A DNA stretch of 64,000 nt from an uncultured Alphaproteobacteria bacterium. Lineage in GTDB: Bacteria; Pseudomonadota; Alphaproteobacteria; RF32; CAG-239. The notes under the pieces are model-generated. The model made no database searches, had not been told where the DNA came from, and saw only the letters and a program-made list of their open reading frames with translations. Location of the stretch: contig CALYAW010000002.1 in NCBI GenBank assembly GCA_944393685.1, positions 79,586 to 143,585 of the forward strand, in the 5' to 3' direction. The position numbers and the translations under genes are program-made. Every line of letters starts with the position of its first letter. Position 1 is the first letter of the stretch. Shown piece by piece: positions 45,373 through 55,358 of the stretch.

Positions 45373-46431
45373 TCAAAATTGTTTGCTTATGTTTACAATA
45401 ATATTCATCAGAGCTTGTCTCTTATCCATATTTAGAGTTTCTGTTTCTCTGAAAGTCTTCAGGGCTATCTCCCAAGCCTCTGACAAGCCTTGAGGATTTG
45501 AAGATGTTTTGACTTTTTCACTCAAAAACTTAAATAAAAGTTCTTTGCTCAATTCAAAACTTTCTTCTCCGCTGACCGCCTCATTGCAAAAATCTGTTAA
45601 TGCGGAAATCTTAAATTGACGACCTGATAAAATAATCTTGCATAAGTCATCATAACGAGTAATCGCTTCATTATCAATATAATTTAAGGCTTTACCTATA
45701 CTCCCTGAGCTAATTGCAACAACTTTTTTTATCTGTGCCTCAGAAAGGTGCGGACGATATCTTCTGAGCAAGCTGGCAACCTGATTGTCCTGCAAAGGCT
45801 TTAATGCCAATTTGGCACATCGAGAACGAATGGTTGCTAACAAACCTCCCGGATTATGACTGATTAGCAACATCAGCGCTCGATGCGGCGGCTCTTCCAA
45901 AATTTTTAATACTGCGTTAGCTGAAGCCGTATTCATATCATCAACGCTGTCTATCAGGACAACACGCCATCCATCTTGTGATGAGCAGCGCGATAAAAAC
46001 TCATTTATGGTGCGAACATCATCAACTCGGATAAATGATGATTTTTTCATTTCTTTGAGCTCGCTTTGACTTAATTGTTCCCCATCTTTGATTGCTTTTA
46101 AGATTTTTTTGCGTTCGGTATCTGTGTAGTCTCGCTCTAATACTTTGAAGTCTGGATGAGAACCATTAGAAATCAGTTTTATTACCGATGAATTGGGGGA
46201 TACATCAAGCGATGTATAATTGTCTTTATTCGAAAAATCCGCAGAAAGGATAAATCTTGCCAAACGATACGCCAAGGTTGCTTTTCCAACACCTTTAACG
46301 CCAGATATCAGCCACGAATTATGAAGTGAGCCTTTTTGCCACGCATTCAAAAAAATGCGCTCAGCTTCTTCGTGACCAAGCAGGTATGTATTATCACGCG
46401 GCAATAAAGTCTCTGATACTTCGTTTTCCAT
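45373..46431 (-). CDS. holB: DNA polymerase III delta' subunit (HolB)
   Basis: 'HNSWLISGVKGVGKATLAYRLARFIL' degenerate Walker A, the 'LKILEEPP' and 'SRC' motifs typical of delta-prime. Confidence 0.8.
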   Translation of the reverse strand: MENEVSETLLPRDNTYLLGHEEAERIFLNAWQKGSLHNSWLISGVKGVGKATLAYRLARFILSADFSNKDNYTSLDVSPNSSVIKLISNGSHPDFKVLERDYTDTERKKILKAIKDGEQLSQSELKEMKKSSFIRVDDVRTINEFLSRCSSQDGWRVVLIDSVDDMNTASANAVLKILEEPPHRALMLLISHNPGGLLATIRSRCAKLALKPLQDNQVASLLRRYRPHLSEAQIKKVVAISSGSIGKALNYIDNEAITRYDDLCKIILSGRQFKISALTDFCNEAVSGEESFELSKELLFKFLSEKVKTSSNPQGLSEAWEIALKTFRETETLNMDKRQALMNIIVNISKQF

Positions 46432-46436
46432 TAGAA

Positions 46437-47081
46437 CTAAAATTTAAACCTTTCCGTTATGACATCTACTATATCTTTGTGTAAATCTTCTATACTCTTA
46501 TCTGCATCTAAAACTACACATCTTTGCGGATCCTGTGCCGCAATTTCCAAAAAACCATTGCGTAAACGCTGGTGAAACGCAAGTTCTCGACCTTCAAAAC
46601 GTAATTCTTTTACTGCCATTGTATCTGCTTTTTTGAAAGAACGAGCCAAGCCAACCTGTGGATCTATATCAAGTATCAGCGTTAAATCAGGCTTAAAATT
46701 TCCAACGGCAATTTTATATAAACAATCTAAATCTTCTCTGGAGACTCTTTTATCATAACCGTAGTATTGATAAGCTACCGTTGAATCTGCAAACCTGTCG
46801 CTTAGAACCCATTCGCCTCGTTCCAGTGCGGGCCATACTTTTTGAACCATGTGAATATGACGATCGGCAAAGTACAATAGAGCTTCTGCTGTGGCATCAA
46901 ATTTATCCTTATCTCCTGTTACAAGGATACGACGCAATTCTTGACCGGTATCTGTACCTCCGGGTTCCTTTGTCGGTATGCTTTTTAATCCTTTCTTGGC
47001 CAAATATTCACTCAAAAGTTTGAGCTGAGTTGATTTGCCGGTCCCTTCTCCTCCTTCAAATGTAATAAACTTGCCTCGCAT
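46437..47081 (-). CDS. tmk: Thymidylate kinase
   Basis: 'GKFITFEGGEGTGKSTQ' P-loop, 'DRFADSTVAYQ' DRx motif. Confidence 0.95.
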   Translation of the reverse strand: MRGKFITFEGGEGTGKSTQLKLLSEYLAKKGLKSIPTKEPGGTDTGQELRRILVTGDKDKFDATAEALLYFADRHIHMVQKVWPALERGEWVLSDRFADSTVAYQYYGYDKRVSREDLDCLYKIAVGNFKPDLTLILDIDPQVGLARSFKKADTMAVKELRFEGRELAFHQRLRNGFLEIAAQDPQRCVVLDADKSIEDLHKDIVDVITERFKF

Positions 47082-47085
47082 GTCT

Positions 47086-48240
47086 TTATTGTTCTCCGAG
47101 TAACAAGTACTTGATATTTTTTGAAATTTTACCCCAGATACCTACTTTGGCAACATCTTGAGAAGCTATCAGCGGAATCTCCAAGTCTTCTTGTCCGGGT
47201 ATCTCTGCTTTTACGTATCCAAGCTGTTGACCTGCCTTGACTGGTGCTTTTACCGGCTTGTCGTATACTGCTGTTAATTTAATCTTGTCTGACTTATTCT
47301 TTTTTAGCGTCCTGACAACATCTTGGCTAACTAACATATCAACTTTTTGACTTTGTCCATACCAAACAGGAATTTCGGCTACTTTGGTATCTTTTTTTAG
47401 AATGGTATAGTTATCAAACTCTCTAAAACCCCAGTTCATTATTCTGTCTGCTTCTTCTGAGCGTTCTTTGTTGGACTTGAGCCCTGTCATTACACTAATC
47501 AAGCGGCGCTCGCCTCGTTTTGCTGAGCCTGTCAGACAAAAACCGGCTTCTTCCGTGTGGCCTGTTTTTAAACCATCGGCTGATGGCATGCTGTATAAAA
47601 GAGGATTGCGGTTGCCTTGACGAATATTATGGTATACATATTCTTTTTGAGAAAAAAGATGATAAAATTGAGGATATTCCGCAATAATTCTGCGTGCTAA
47701 TAAAGCCAAGTCTTCAACCGACATCCGATGATCGGGATGCGGCAATCCCGTTGAGTTGGCAAAATGTGAATTCTTGAGACCTATCTCTTTGGCTTTTTTA
47801 TTCATTTCTGAAGCAAAATCATCTTCAGAACCACTTAGATTCTCTGCTGCAACTATACAAGCATCATTACCTGACTGAATAATAATGCCTTTTAATAAAT
47901 CCTCTACGCGAACCTTGTCTCCTATTGATAAAAACATAGTTGAACCGCCGCTGGCAGCTCCGCCTTTGCGCCACGCGTTCTCACTTACTGTAAAAGTATC
48001 ATCAAGTGAAAGACTTCCGTCTTTGAGCTTGCTGAATATCATATAAACCGTCATTAATTTGCTCATGGAAGCCGGAGGTATCATTTTTTGGGCATCTTTG
48101 GAATACAAGTATTGACCGGTATCATAATCCATCAAAATTAAATTTTTTGCCTTCGTTTCTATCGCATGTGCATTAAAGGCATACATACTCAACGAACTTA
48201 ATAAAGCAAAACCAAATATGATGTTATTCTTTGAATTCAT
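47086..48240 (-). CDS. D-alanyl-D-alanine carboxypeptidase (PBP5/6 family, DacA/DacC-like)
   Basis: Signal peptide, 'ASMSKLMT' SxxK, 'SGND' SxN, 'KTGHT' KTG motifs, and a C-terminal PBP5_C domain. Confidence 0.9.
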   Translation of the reverse strand: MNSKNNIIFGFALLSSLSMYAFNAHAIETKAKNLILMDYDTGQYLYSKDAQKMIPPASMSKLMTVYMIFSKLKDGSLSLDDTFTVSENAWRKGGAASGGSTMFLSIGDKVRVEDLLKGIIIQSGNDACIVAAENLSGSEDDFASEMNKKAKEIGLKNSHFANSTGLPHPDHRMSVEDLALLARRIIAEYPQFYHLFSQKEYVYHNIRQGNRNPLLYSMPSADGLKTGHTEEAGFCLTGSAKRGERRLISVMTGLKSNKERSEEADRIMNWGFREFDNYTILKKDTKVAEIPVWYGQSQKVDMLVSQDVVRTLKKNKSDKIKLTAVYDKPVKAPVKAGQQLGYVKAEIPGQEDLEIPLIASQDVAKVGIWGKISKNIKYLLLGEQ

Positions 48241-48257
48241 TTTTCACCTTCTACTTT

Positions 48258-49172
48258 CTAATCTTGTACTACCTTGGCATCATAGACACCATAGTGCTTC
48301 ACTCTTGCCAAAGCTACTTCCGCTTCTTGTCGGTGGCTGTATGGTCCCATTCTGACCCGATATAATTGTCGACCATTAACCGTTACATAATAAACATTGG
48401 TTGCTCCGTATTTATCCAATTTACGACTTAAATCTTGAGCTGAGGATTGTTTACTGTATGCTCCTGCTTGCACAAACCAACTGTTCTTGGGATAAGATAT
48501 TGCGCCAGTCCCCAAATAACCGGCTCCTTTTAGTTCTAATGGTTTGGTCGGCGCACCTGTCGCCTTGCTAACAGATGCTGTTTGTACTGCCGAGGTTGCT
48601 GATGCTGGGCCATCGTATTCTTCTCCAAGAAGAGCTGCTTTTAAGGCCTTGCTTTCTTCCGGCAAAATTTCCACTCGAACTTTTGCAACTCCTTGTGTTT
48701 GATAACCTAAAAGCTGAGCTCCTCGTTTGGAAATATCAATAATACGATCTTTTGCATAAGGACCTCGATCATTAACACGCAAAACCAATGAACGGCCATT
48801 TTCAAGGTTAGTAACTCTGACTATTGAGGGTAAGGGTAATGTTCGATGTGCTGCTGTTAGCGCATGCATGTCATAATTCTCGCCGTTTGCGGTTTTTTTT
48901 GCATGAAAATCTTTTCCATACCATGAGGCCATCCCAACTTCCGAATAGCTATAATCTTCTTTGGGATAATACCATTTGCCCATAATCTTGTATGGATTAC
49001 CTATTTTATATGTCCCTCCTTGCCCTTTTATGGCTGCCGCCTGTGTATAGTGTCCGTTGCCGGCGCCTATTCTGCCATAGGTACAGGCTCCAACAGAAAC
49101 TAATGCGGCAAGTAGCACTAGTTTACATAAATCTTGTCGAAAAGTTATCATCCGCTTCTCTCTGTAGTTCAT
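48258..49172 (-). CDS. rlpA: Septal ring lytic transglycosylase RlpA-family protein with a C-terminal SPOR domain
   Basis: DPBB_1 domain (ASWYGKDFHAKKTANGENYDMHALTAAHRTLPLPSIVRVTNLENGRSLVLRVNDRGP) plus a C-terminal SPOR (WFVQAGAYSKQSSAQDL...YRVRMGPY). Confidence 0.9.
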   Translation of the reverse strand: MNYREKRMITFRQDLCKLVLLAALVSVGACTYGRIGAGNGHYTQAAAIKGQGGTYKIGNPYKIMGKWYYPKEDYSYSEVGMASWYGKDFHAKKTANGENYDMHALTAAHRTLPLPSIVRVTNLENGRSLVLRVNDRGPYAKDRIIDISKRGAQLLGYQTQGVAKVRVEILPEESKALKAALLGEEYDGPASATSAVQTASVSKATGAPTKPLELKGAGYLGTGAISYPKNSWFVQAGAYSKQSSAQDLSRKLDKYGATNVYYVTVNGRQLYRVRMGPYSHRQEAEVALARVKHYGVYDAKVVQD

Positions 49173-49219
49173 TTATTTTGCACCATAATTTATACTGTTT
49201 TTAGTTCTTCGTAAAGTAT

Positions 49220-50506
49220 TTAATCCGGCTTGTGTAATTTTCTTGGCGGCACGGGAATGCTAAATCCTATTTGCGGATTATAATTCTTTATTTTTTGCAA
49301 AAGACGTCTGTCGGGATAACCATCTTGCGGAAGATTGGCTTTCTTTTGTACTTTTTTGACAGCCTCGCGTGTGCTGCTGCCAAGTTGTCCATCCTCTTCA
49401 AGATGTCCGCCGAATACCTTGTTTATAAAATTTTGAACTTGCAAAATATCATCTGTTCTCAAACGTAACGCCGGATCCTCTGTTTGCGCTTGCCACTCTT
49501 TGGTCGAAATAATATAATCGGATAATACTCCTATTGCCAACGCATAGTTTTCCGAACGATTCCAATGCATAATCTTGTTAAAATTATTTAATACCAAATA
49601 GGCCCGACCGTTTTTGCCTTCTGGTGTAATAATTGCTCCTTTAAAAGAAGAATCTAGCTTCAATTTTTGGTTCTTTGTGCTACGAACACCCAATTTGCTC
49701 CATTCTTTGATGCTTTTAATATTGTTGCGACCCGTTTGTGAAAAATCAAAATTCCATGGCAAACTCACCTCTACTCCCCATTGAGAATCTTTTTGCCAGC
49801 CTATTGACGAAAGATAATTCGCGGCTGATGCTGCCGCATCTTCAAACGAGTGCCAAATATCTATTGTCCCATCATTATTAAAATCAACAGCATAGGAATT
49901 AAACGTCGAGGGCATAAACTGAAAATGCCCCATTGCCCCTGCCCAGGATCCCTGCATTTGCGTATAATCAACTTTCCAGGTGTCGATGATTTTTAGTGCC
50001 TCGTATAATTGACTGCGGAAAAATCTCGATCGCCGTTTGTCATAGCTTAGATTGGTTAATGAGGAAATTACATTATATTGTCCGAAATTACTGCCAAAAT
50101 TTGTCTCAACTCCCCAAAAAGCTATTATATATTGCCCAGGAACACCGTATTTTTCCTCTATTTGCTTGAGCAATGGCTGCAAGGTCTGATAATAATATCT
50201 TCCTTTGCGGACTCTGGTGGAAGTAACTACTCGATTAATATAAGCTGTTGATGTTAAGGCAAATTCTATTTGTTTACGATCTCTTTTTACTACTTCTGGA
50301 CTCGGGCTATAGTAATCTTGAGCATAAACAAGATCTAACGTTTGTTGTGAAATTCCTTTGGCATACATATCTTTTTTTAAATCTTCCAACCATGATATAT
50401 ACTCCGGTGGCGCGAAAGACGTCACATTGGCTTGCGCTGCGGCGCAACCTGCCGTACACAGTAATAATGCCGCCAAAGAAAATCGAGAGATAAACTTGTT
50501 CATCAA
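49220..50506 (-). CDS. Lytic murein transglycosylase (MltB/SLT_2-like) with a C-terminal peptidoglycan-binding domain
   Basis: Signal peptide, then an SLT_2-type core (FWGVETNFG...; AGAMGHFQFMPSTF) and a PG_binding_1 domain (QLGSSTREAVKKVQKKANLPQDG). Confidence 0.85.
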   Translation of the reverse strand: MMNKFISRFSLAALLLCTAGCAAAQANVTSFAPPEYISWLEDLKKDMYAKGISQQTLDLVYAQDYYSPSPEVVKRDRKQIEFALTSTAYINRVVTSTRVRKGRYYYQTLQPLLKQIEEKYGVPGQYIIAFWGVETNFGSNFGQYNVISSLTNLSYDKRRSRFFRSQLYEALKIIDTWKVDYTQMQGSWAGAMGHFQFMPSTFNSYAVDFNNDGTIDIWHSFEDAAASAANYLSSIGWQKDSQWGVEVSLPWNFDFSQTGRNNIKSIKEWSKLGVRSTKNQKLKLDSSFKGAIITPEGKNGRAYLVLNNFNKIMHWNRSENYALAIGVLSDYIISTKEWQAQTEDPALRLRTDDILQVQNFINKVFGGHLEEDGQLGSSTREAVKKVQKKANLPQDGYPDRRLLQKIKNYNPQIGFSIPVPPRKLHKPD

Positions 50507-50622
50507 ACATCCATTTTGCGTATAATTTAAACTTTATCTTTGTTATAAAGCAAACTTGTAAATAAATAATAAAAAAATACTTGACGAAAACATAAGTTTC
50601 GGTTATTGCTCTATCTGTCTTT

Positions 50623-50714
50623 GGAGAGTTGGCAGAGCGGTTGAATGCACCTGACTTGAAATCAGACGAGGGGCGTGAGTTCCTCCCGGGGTTCGAATCC
50701 CTGACTCTCCGCCA
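50623..50714 (+). tRNA. tRNA-Ser (anticodon TGA), long variable arm, encoded CCA
   Basis: GGAGAGTTGGCAGAGCGGTTGAATGCACCTGACTTGAAATCAGACGAGGGGCGTGAGTTCCTCCCGGGGTTCGAATCCCTGACTCTCCGCCA: a 7-bp acceptor stem GGAGAGT/ACTCTCC, anticodon loop CTTGAAA, class II variable arm, T-loop GGTTCGAATCC. Confidence 0.9.
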
Positions 50715-50716
50715 AT

Positions 50717-50749
50717 TAAAAACACCCTCTTTGAGGGTGTTTTTCTTTT
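50717..50749. terminator. Bidirectional terminator after tRNA-Ser
   Basis: AAAAACACCCTC-tttg-AGGGTGTTTTTCTTTT. Confidence 0.75.
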
Positions 50750-50750
50750 A

Positions 50751-51137
50751 TCAGCACCTGACTTTTTGAGATGCGTCAAAACTTTTTATCTGCCCCACAT
50801 ATCCACTCTTTTTTGTTGTGGCAACAAATCCTCGACGACGAGACTTGGGCATGGATTTTTCTACATTTTCACGATAGTCTTTTCTGGCTTGAAGCGCCAT
50901 GCCGACTTGGAGCCTTGATATGCTGACAGATTCAAAATCCTTAAAATCTATGTTGCGAAAACTCGGTGATACTTCTTGATATATATAATCCCGCATCTGC
51001 TGCAAATCCTGAGCAGACTCTACATTAAAATTTGAAAATACAGCCTCCTCTCCTTCTGTGAGCTTTTTGTATTCGCTGCCATTAATAAAATCCAAATAAA
51101 TTTGGTATTCTGTTGCGTTTTGCGGATTGTTTGCCAT
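50751..51137 (-). CDS. Hypothetical protein (128 aa)
   Basis: An ORF with good coding periodicity, bracketed by the terminator and an AT-rich promoter region; no recognisable domain. Confidence 0.45.
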   Translation of the reverse strand: MANNPQNATEYQIYLDFINGSEYKKLTEGEEAVFSNFNVESAQDLQQMRDYIYQEVSPSFRNIDFKDFESVSISRLQVGMALQARKDYRENVEKSMPKSRRRGFVATTKKSGYVGQIKSFDASQKVRC

Positions 51138-51293
51138 TGTTTTTTCCTATCAAGATATTATTTTATATTATGTATATAATAATACATAAATTTTAATAAT
51201 AAGTAATCAACTCTCTTTTTTTATGACACATTATGTTGACGATACCTTTAATCCGTGTTCTTATCATAAGAGTAGTTTTTATGGAGAAATAGA

Positions 51294-51956
51294 ATGTCCG
51301 TAATACAACTGTTAAACAAAAGACCTTATACAATTAAAGAAGAAATTTGGAATTGTGTCATTCACGGGCTGGGAATTGCCTTAAGCATTGCCGCCTTGAC
51401 AATACTTGTTATCTTCTCTTCTTTGGAAGGGAACGTGTGGGCCGTGGTTTCAACATCCGTTTTCGGCACATCTATGATTCTACTCTACAGCGCTTCAACA
51501 ATTTATCATGCGGTTTCAAATCCGGAACGAAAAAAGAAACTCAAAAAATTTGATCATATTTCAATTTATTATCTTATTGCCGGCTCTTACACTCCGTTTT
51601 TGTTGGTTAATATGCGCGGAGTTGTCGGCTGGACATTGTTCGGTATTATATGGGGGTTGGCGATTTTGGGAACTTGTCTTAAACTGATGACTTCCGGCAG
51701 TGGTACAAAAGCATGGTCTATCGGTCTTTATATTCTTATGGGATGGATGATTATTTTTGCATCCAAAGAATTATTTGCAAACCTTTCCGAAATTGGCGCT
51801 GTTTTCTTAATTTTGGGTGGAATCTTTTATACATTTGGCATCTTGTTTTATATATGGAAAAGTCGCCAATACACACATGCAATATGGCATTTGTTTGTCC
51901 TTATCGGAACAACTATGCACTTTTTTGCAGTGCTTTACGGCTGTGTCTTAATCTAA
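51294..51956 (+). CDS. Hemolysin III / PAQR-family membrane protein
   Basis: 7 TM segments; conserved 'EEIWNCVIHGLG', 'LLYSASTIYH', 'DHISIYYLIAGSYTP', 'HAIWHLFVLIGTTMHF' motifs. Confidence 0.85.
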   Translation: MSVIQLLNKRPYTIKEEIWNCVIHGLGIALSIAALTILVIFSSLEGNVWAVVSTSVFGTSMILLYSASTIYHAVSNPERKKKLKKFDHISIYYLIAGSYTPFLLVNMRGVVGWTLFGIIWGLAILGTCLKLMTSGSGTKAWSIGLYILMGWMIIFASKELFANLSEIGAVFLILGGIFYTFGILFYIWKSRQYTHAIWHLFVLIGTTMHFFAVLYGCVLI

Positions 51957-51960
51957 CACA

Positions 51961-52368
51961 TTAAAATATTTTACGCCTCTTTACAACACAATCATCACCA
52001 TTGAAACTATAATCTGTGACAACTCCTTCCGTAATCGTAAATAGCGTCTTGCAATAATGAACATCATATTGCGGTTGTGTCGGATATCCAAAGTCTGGCA
52101 TGGATATGGCCGGATAATACACCTCATTTGAATAGGGATCATTACTCAAGGCATGGGAAGATACTTCAAGATATGTCCATACTTTTTTATTGGGTGTTAT
52201 GTAAAAAATATTATAAGGTATTCCCCATGCTTGTTGTAAACGCTGTTGTGACTGACCAAGCCATGGCTGAAGAGTGGACCCATAATTTTGAGGCGCTTTT
52301 TGGCAAGATGAAACCATTATCATCATTACTAAAAGAAAGACTCTTTTCATTTTTTGTTTCCTTATCAT
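51961..52368 (-). CDS. Hypothetical lipoprotein
   Basis: Signal peptide with lipobox 'MVSSC'; 135 aa. Confidence 0.5.
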   Translation of the reverse strand: MIRKQKMKRVFLLVMMIMVSSCQKAPQNYGSTLQPWLGQSQQRLQQAWGIPYNIFYITPNKKVWTYLEVSSHALSNDPYSNEVYYPAISMPDFGYPTQPQYDVHYCKTLFTITEGVVTDYSFNGDDCVVKRRKIF

Positions 52369-52402
52369 TTTCTACTTGATATATAGGAAACCTTTCTTCT
52401 TT

Positions 52403-53695
52403 TCAAAGAGGCTTTAACATTTTTTGTAATTTTGATTCTGTCACTGAATCTAACTTCAACTTAAAACGAATACGATCTTCTTTCAAATTATGAGCTATAA
52501 CTTCTGTGTTATCATAAATCCACGAAATTAAACGACCGTTTGAAACGCCTATTTCTATTTCTTTTACCTCGTATCCTTGAGATAATTTTTTATCCAGCAA
52601 TAATAAAAATGATTTGCATCCCTCTCCGCTTAATGCTGATAGCGGCGCCATATAGTGTTTTTTATGTTCTGCGATATTTTGTTTTTTATCTTCCGTTAGA
52701 AGATCTATTTTGTTTAGAACCTCAACATAACGGCGGTCTTCTTCTATATTTTCAAAGCCTAAATTTTCAAGAACTTTTATCACATCTTGCTTTTGTTCGC
52801 GGCTGTTTTCTCCTGCAATATCTCGCACATGAACTATTATATCTGCGTTTAAAACTTCTTCCAATGTAGCTCTAAATGCCATTACCAACTCGTGGGGCAA
52901 ATCTGATATAAAACCAACCGTATCAGATAATATGGCCTCTTTTCCCGAAGGTAAAATGATTTTGCGCATAGATGTGTCTAGCGTGGCAAACAATAAATCT
53001 TGAGCAAAAACATTGCTATGTGATAGCCGATTGAACAATGAGGATTTACCCGCATTGGTATAACCGACAAGTGCAATTATCGGGTATGGAACACGAGATC
53101 TGGCCGCGCGTTGTATTGAACGTGTTTGTCTGACTTTTTCTAAATCCTTTTTTATTCGGATTATTTTTTCGTCTATAATTCGACGGTCCAGCTCAATTTG
53201 TTTTTCCCCAGGACCGCCTAAAAATCCTGCTCCACCGCGCTGGCGTTCTAGGTGTGTCCAACTGCGGACCAACCTGCTTCGTTGATATGTCAAGTGGGCC
53301 AATTCTACCTGTAGCTTTCCTTCTTTGGTCTGCGCTCGTTCTCCGAAAATTTCCAATATTAACGCTGTGCGATCAATTACTTTTAAGCCCAGTTTGGTTT
53401 CAAGGTTTCGTTGCTGGATGGGAGAAAGCTGCGTATCTATAATCAAAAGCTCAAGACCTTCTTCAACCATGGGCTTAATCTTTTCTATGCTTCCTTGTGG
53501 CAAAAAAGTTGAAGGTTTTATTGAGCGAACTTTGATAATATCTTTATATATGACTTCCAAATTAATCGCCAAAGCCAGACCGGAAATCTCTTCCAATCTG
53601 GCTTCGCTTGATAAACTGATATATTCCCCTACAACCTCAGGAAAAACAACGGCTGCTTTTATTCGAGGTTTTTTTTCAATATCAATTAAGGACAA
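52403..53695 (-). CDS. hflX: GTPase HflX
   Basis: HflX N-domain, G-domain 'GYTNAGKSSLFNRL', 'DTVGF', 'NKID'; hfq sits directly upstream in the canonical hfq-hflX arrangement. Confidence 0.95.
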   Translation of the reverse strand: MSLIDIEKKPRIKAAVVFPEVVGEYISLSSEARLEEISGLALAINLEVIYKDIIKVRSIKPSTFLPQGSIEKIKPMVEEGLELLIIDTQLSPIQQRNLETKLGLKVIDRTALILEIFGERAQTKEGKLQVELAHLTYQRSRLVRSWTHLERQRGGAGFLGGPGEKQIELDRRIIDEKIIRIKKDLEKVRQTRSIQRAARSRVPYPIIALVGYTNAGKSSLFNRLSHSNVFAQDLLFATLDTSMRKIILPSGKEAILSDTVGFISDLPHELVMAFRATLEEVLNADIIVHVRDIAGENSREQKQDVIKVLENLGFENIEEDRRYVEVLNKIDLLTEDKKQNIAEHKKHYMAPLSALSGEGCKSFLLLLDKKLSQGYEVKEIEIGVSNGRLISWIYDNTEVIAHNLKEDRIRFKLKLDSVTESKLQKMLKPL

Positions 53696-53697
53696 TG

Positions 53698-53916
53698 TTA
53701 TGCTATCTCAACTTCAACAGCTTCATTCGGCATTATGGTCGATACGGCATGCTTATATATCAATTGTGTATGACCGTCTCGACGTAACAAAATCGTTGCT
53801 GCATCAAACCATGTGATGATGCCTTGCAATTTTACGCCATTTACCAAAAATACCGTTACCGCGATTTTGTTTTCTTTTAGGTTATTTAAAAAATCTTCCT
53901 GAACATCTTTACTCAT
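53698..53916 (-). CDS. hfq: RNA chaperone Hfq
   Basis: Sm1/Sm2 motifs: '[44 protein letters not shown]'. The C-terminal 'LLRRDGH.QL.YKHA.STIMP' matches the alphaproteobacterial Hfq pattern I recall. Confidence 0.95.
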   Translation of the reverse strand: MSKDVQEDFLNNLKENKIAVTVFLVNGVKLQGIITWFDAATILLRRDGHTQLIYKHAVSTIMPNEAVEVEIA

Positions 53917-53983
53917 TGTTTTTTCCTTATATTTATCGTTCTATCAAAATCTAACTACATTTTTTTTAATTAGTAAAGACTTT

Positions 53984-55342
53984 TTAAGCAAAAATCTTTT
54001 CTGCCTGACGAACAGCTCTCGCTTCTACATACAATATTATATCGTCTTTATTTTGTAAAACTGTTGTATTATCGCAATAAATTATTTCTTCTCCTCGTTT
54101 AAGCGCTATTATCTTACTACCTGATGGAAGATTTAACATATTAATCTTTTTACCACTCAATGGCGTTTCTTCTTTGATGCTTATCTCCCAGATTTCCGCG
54201 TTCCCGCGGCTGAGAGAATAGGCATCATTCATTTTTGTCTTGCGAATTTCTTTTAATAGTTTGGATATCGTTATGGAGGCCCTATCTACCAATACGCTGT
54301 TGCCAATATCATCCATCAAATTGCTGTAGGAAGGCGTATTAACAACTGAAAGCGGAATATTAACTCCCCTTTTAGAAGATAGGAGTGATGCTAACAAATT
54401 ATCTTTATCATTGGTGGTCACTGCTATACTTGCATCTGCATGGTTCAAATCTGCTTCCGATAAAATGACGTCACTCATCATTTCTCCGTGGATAACCACA
54501 ACATGACTTAAATCTCTGGCTAAACGACGCGCATTATCAATATTGTCTTCGATAATTCGACAATTTACAACCGTATCATCGTGTTCAATCTGTGAGCCTA
54601 AATAAGCTGCTATTTGATTGCCTCCAAATATAACCAATCTCTCGTTAGTCGGCTTTTCAAGACCAAATGAAGCTATTGTATTATATACTGCATCCTTTTT
54701 GACAATCACATTTATCTCATCTCCGGGTTTAAGAACATCATCCCATTGAGGTATAAAACTCTGATTCTCCCTCAAAATATTAACAATCGCTATATCCAAA
54801 TCTTCATCATTACGAGATATTTGCATAACCGGAACATCCGAAAAAGGACTGTTTTCCGTTATCTTGAGAGTCATAACATAAGCTGCGTTATTAAAAATCG
54901 GCAATATATCAAAACAACCTGGGAATTTTAATATCCGCAATATATTCTCTGCAATTTCTATATCTGGTGAAATTATCAAATCAATCGGTATATTTTTTTC
55001 GTTAAATAACACTCCCCATATGGGATCCAAAAAAACCTCGTTGTCAATTCTGGCAATTTTTCTGGGAACTCCAAATAATGTGTGTGCCACTTGGCAAATA
55101 ACCATATTAACTTCATCCATATCCGTTACTGCGAGAATTATATCGGCATTTTTTATGTCCGCTCGTTCCAATATATCAGGATGAGAGGCATCTCCTAAAA
55201 CAGGTAATACATCATATTCTTTGGCTATTTCATCAAGACGTTTTTGATCCTTGTCAATTACAATAATATCATTACTGCCTTTGACTAAATAACTAACTAT
55301 ACTTCTGCCTACACTCCCGCTTCCACATACGATGATTTTCAT
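53984..55342 (-). CDS. trkA: Trk system potassium uptake protein TrkA (two NAD-binding plus two TrkA_C domains)
   Basis: 'MKIIVCGSGSVGRSI' GxGxxG and a second Rossmann motif 'LVIFGGNQIAAYLG'; 452 aa. Confidence 0.9.
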   Translation of the reverse strand: MKIIVCGSGSVGRSIVSYLVKGSNDIIVIDKDQKRLDEIAKEYDVLPVLGDASHPDILERADIKNADIILAVTDMDEVNMVICQVAHTLFGVPRKIARIDNEVFLDPIWGVLFNEKNIPIDLIISPDIEIAENILRILKFPGCFDILPIFNNAAYVMTLKITENSPFSDVPVMQISRNDEDLDIAIVNILRENQSFIPQWDDVLKPGDEINVIVKKDAVYNTIASFGLEKPTNERLVIFGGNQIAAYLGSQIEHDDTVVNCRIIEDNIDNARRLARDLSHVVVIHGEMMSDVILSEADLNHADASIAVTTNDKDNLLASLLSSKRGVNIPLSVVNTPSYSNLMDDIGNSVLVDRASITISKLLKEIRKTKMNDAYSLSRGNAEIWEISIKEETPLSGKKINMLNLPSGSKIIALKRGEEIIYCDNTTVLQNKDDIILYVEARAVRQAEKIFA

Positions 55343-55358
55343 TTTTACCTCTTAGAGA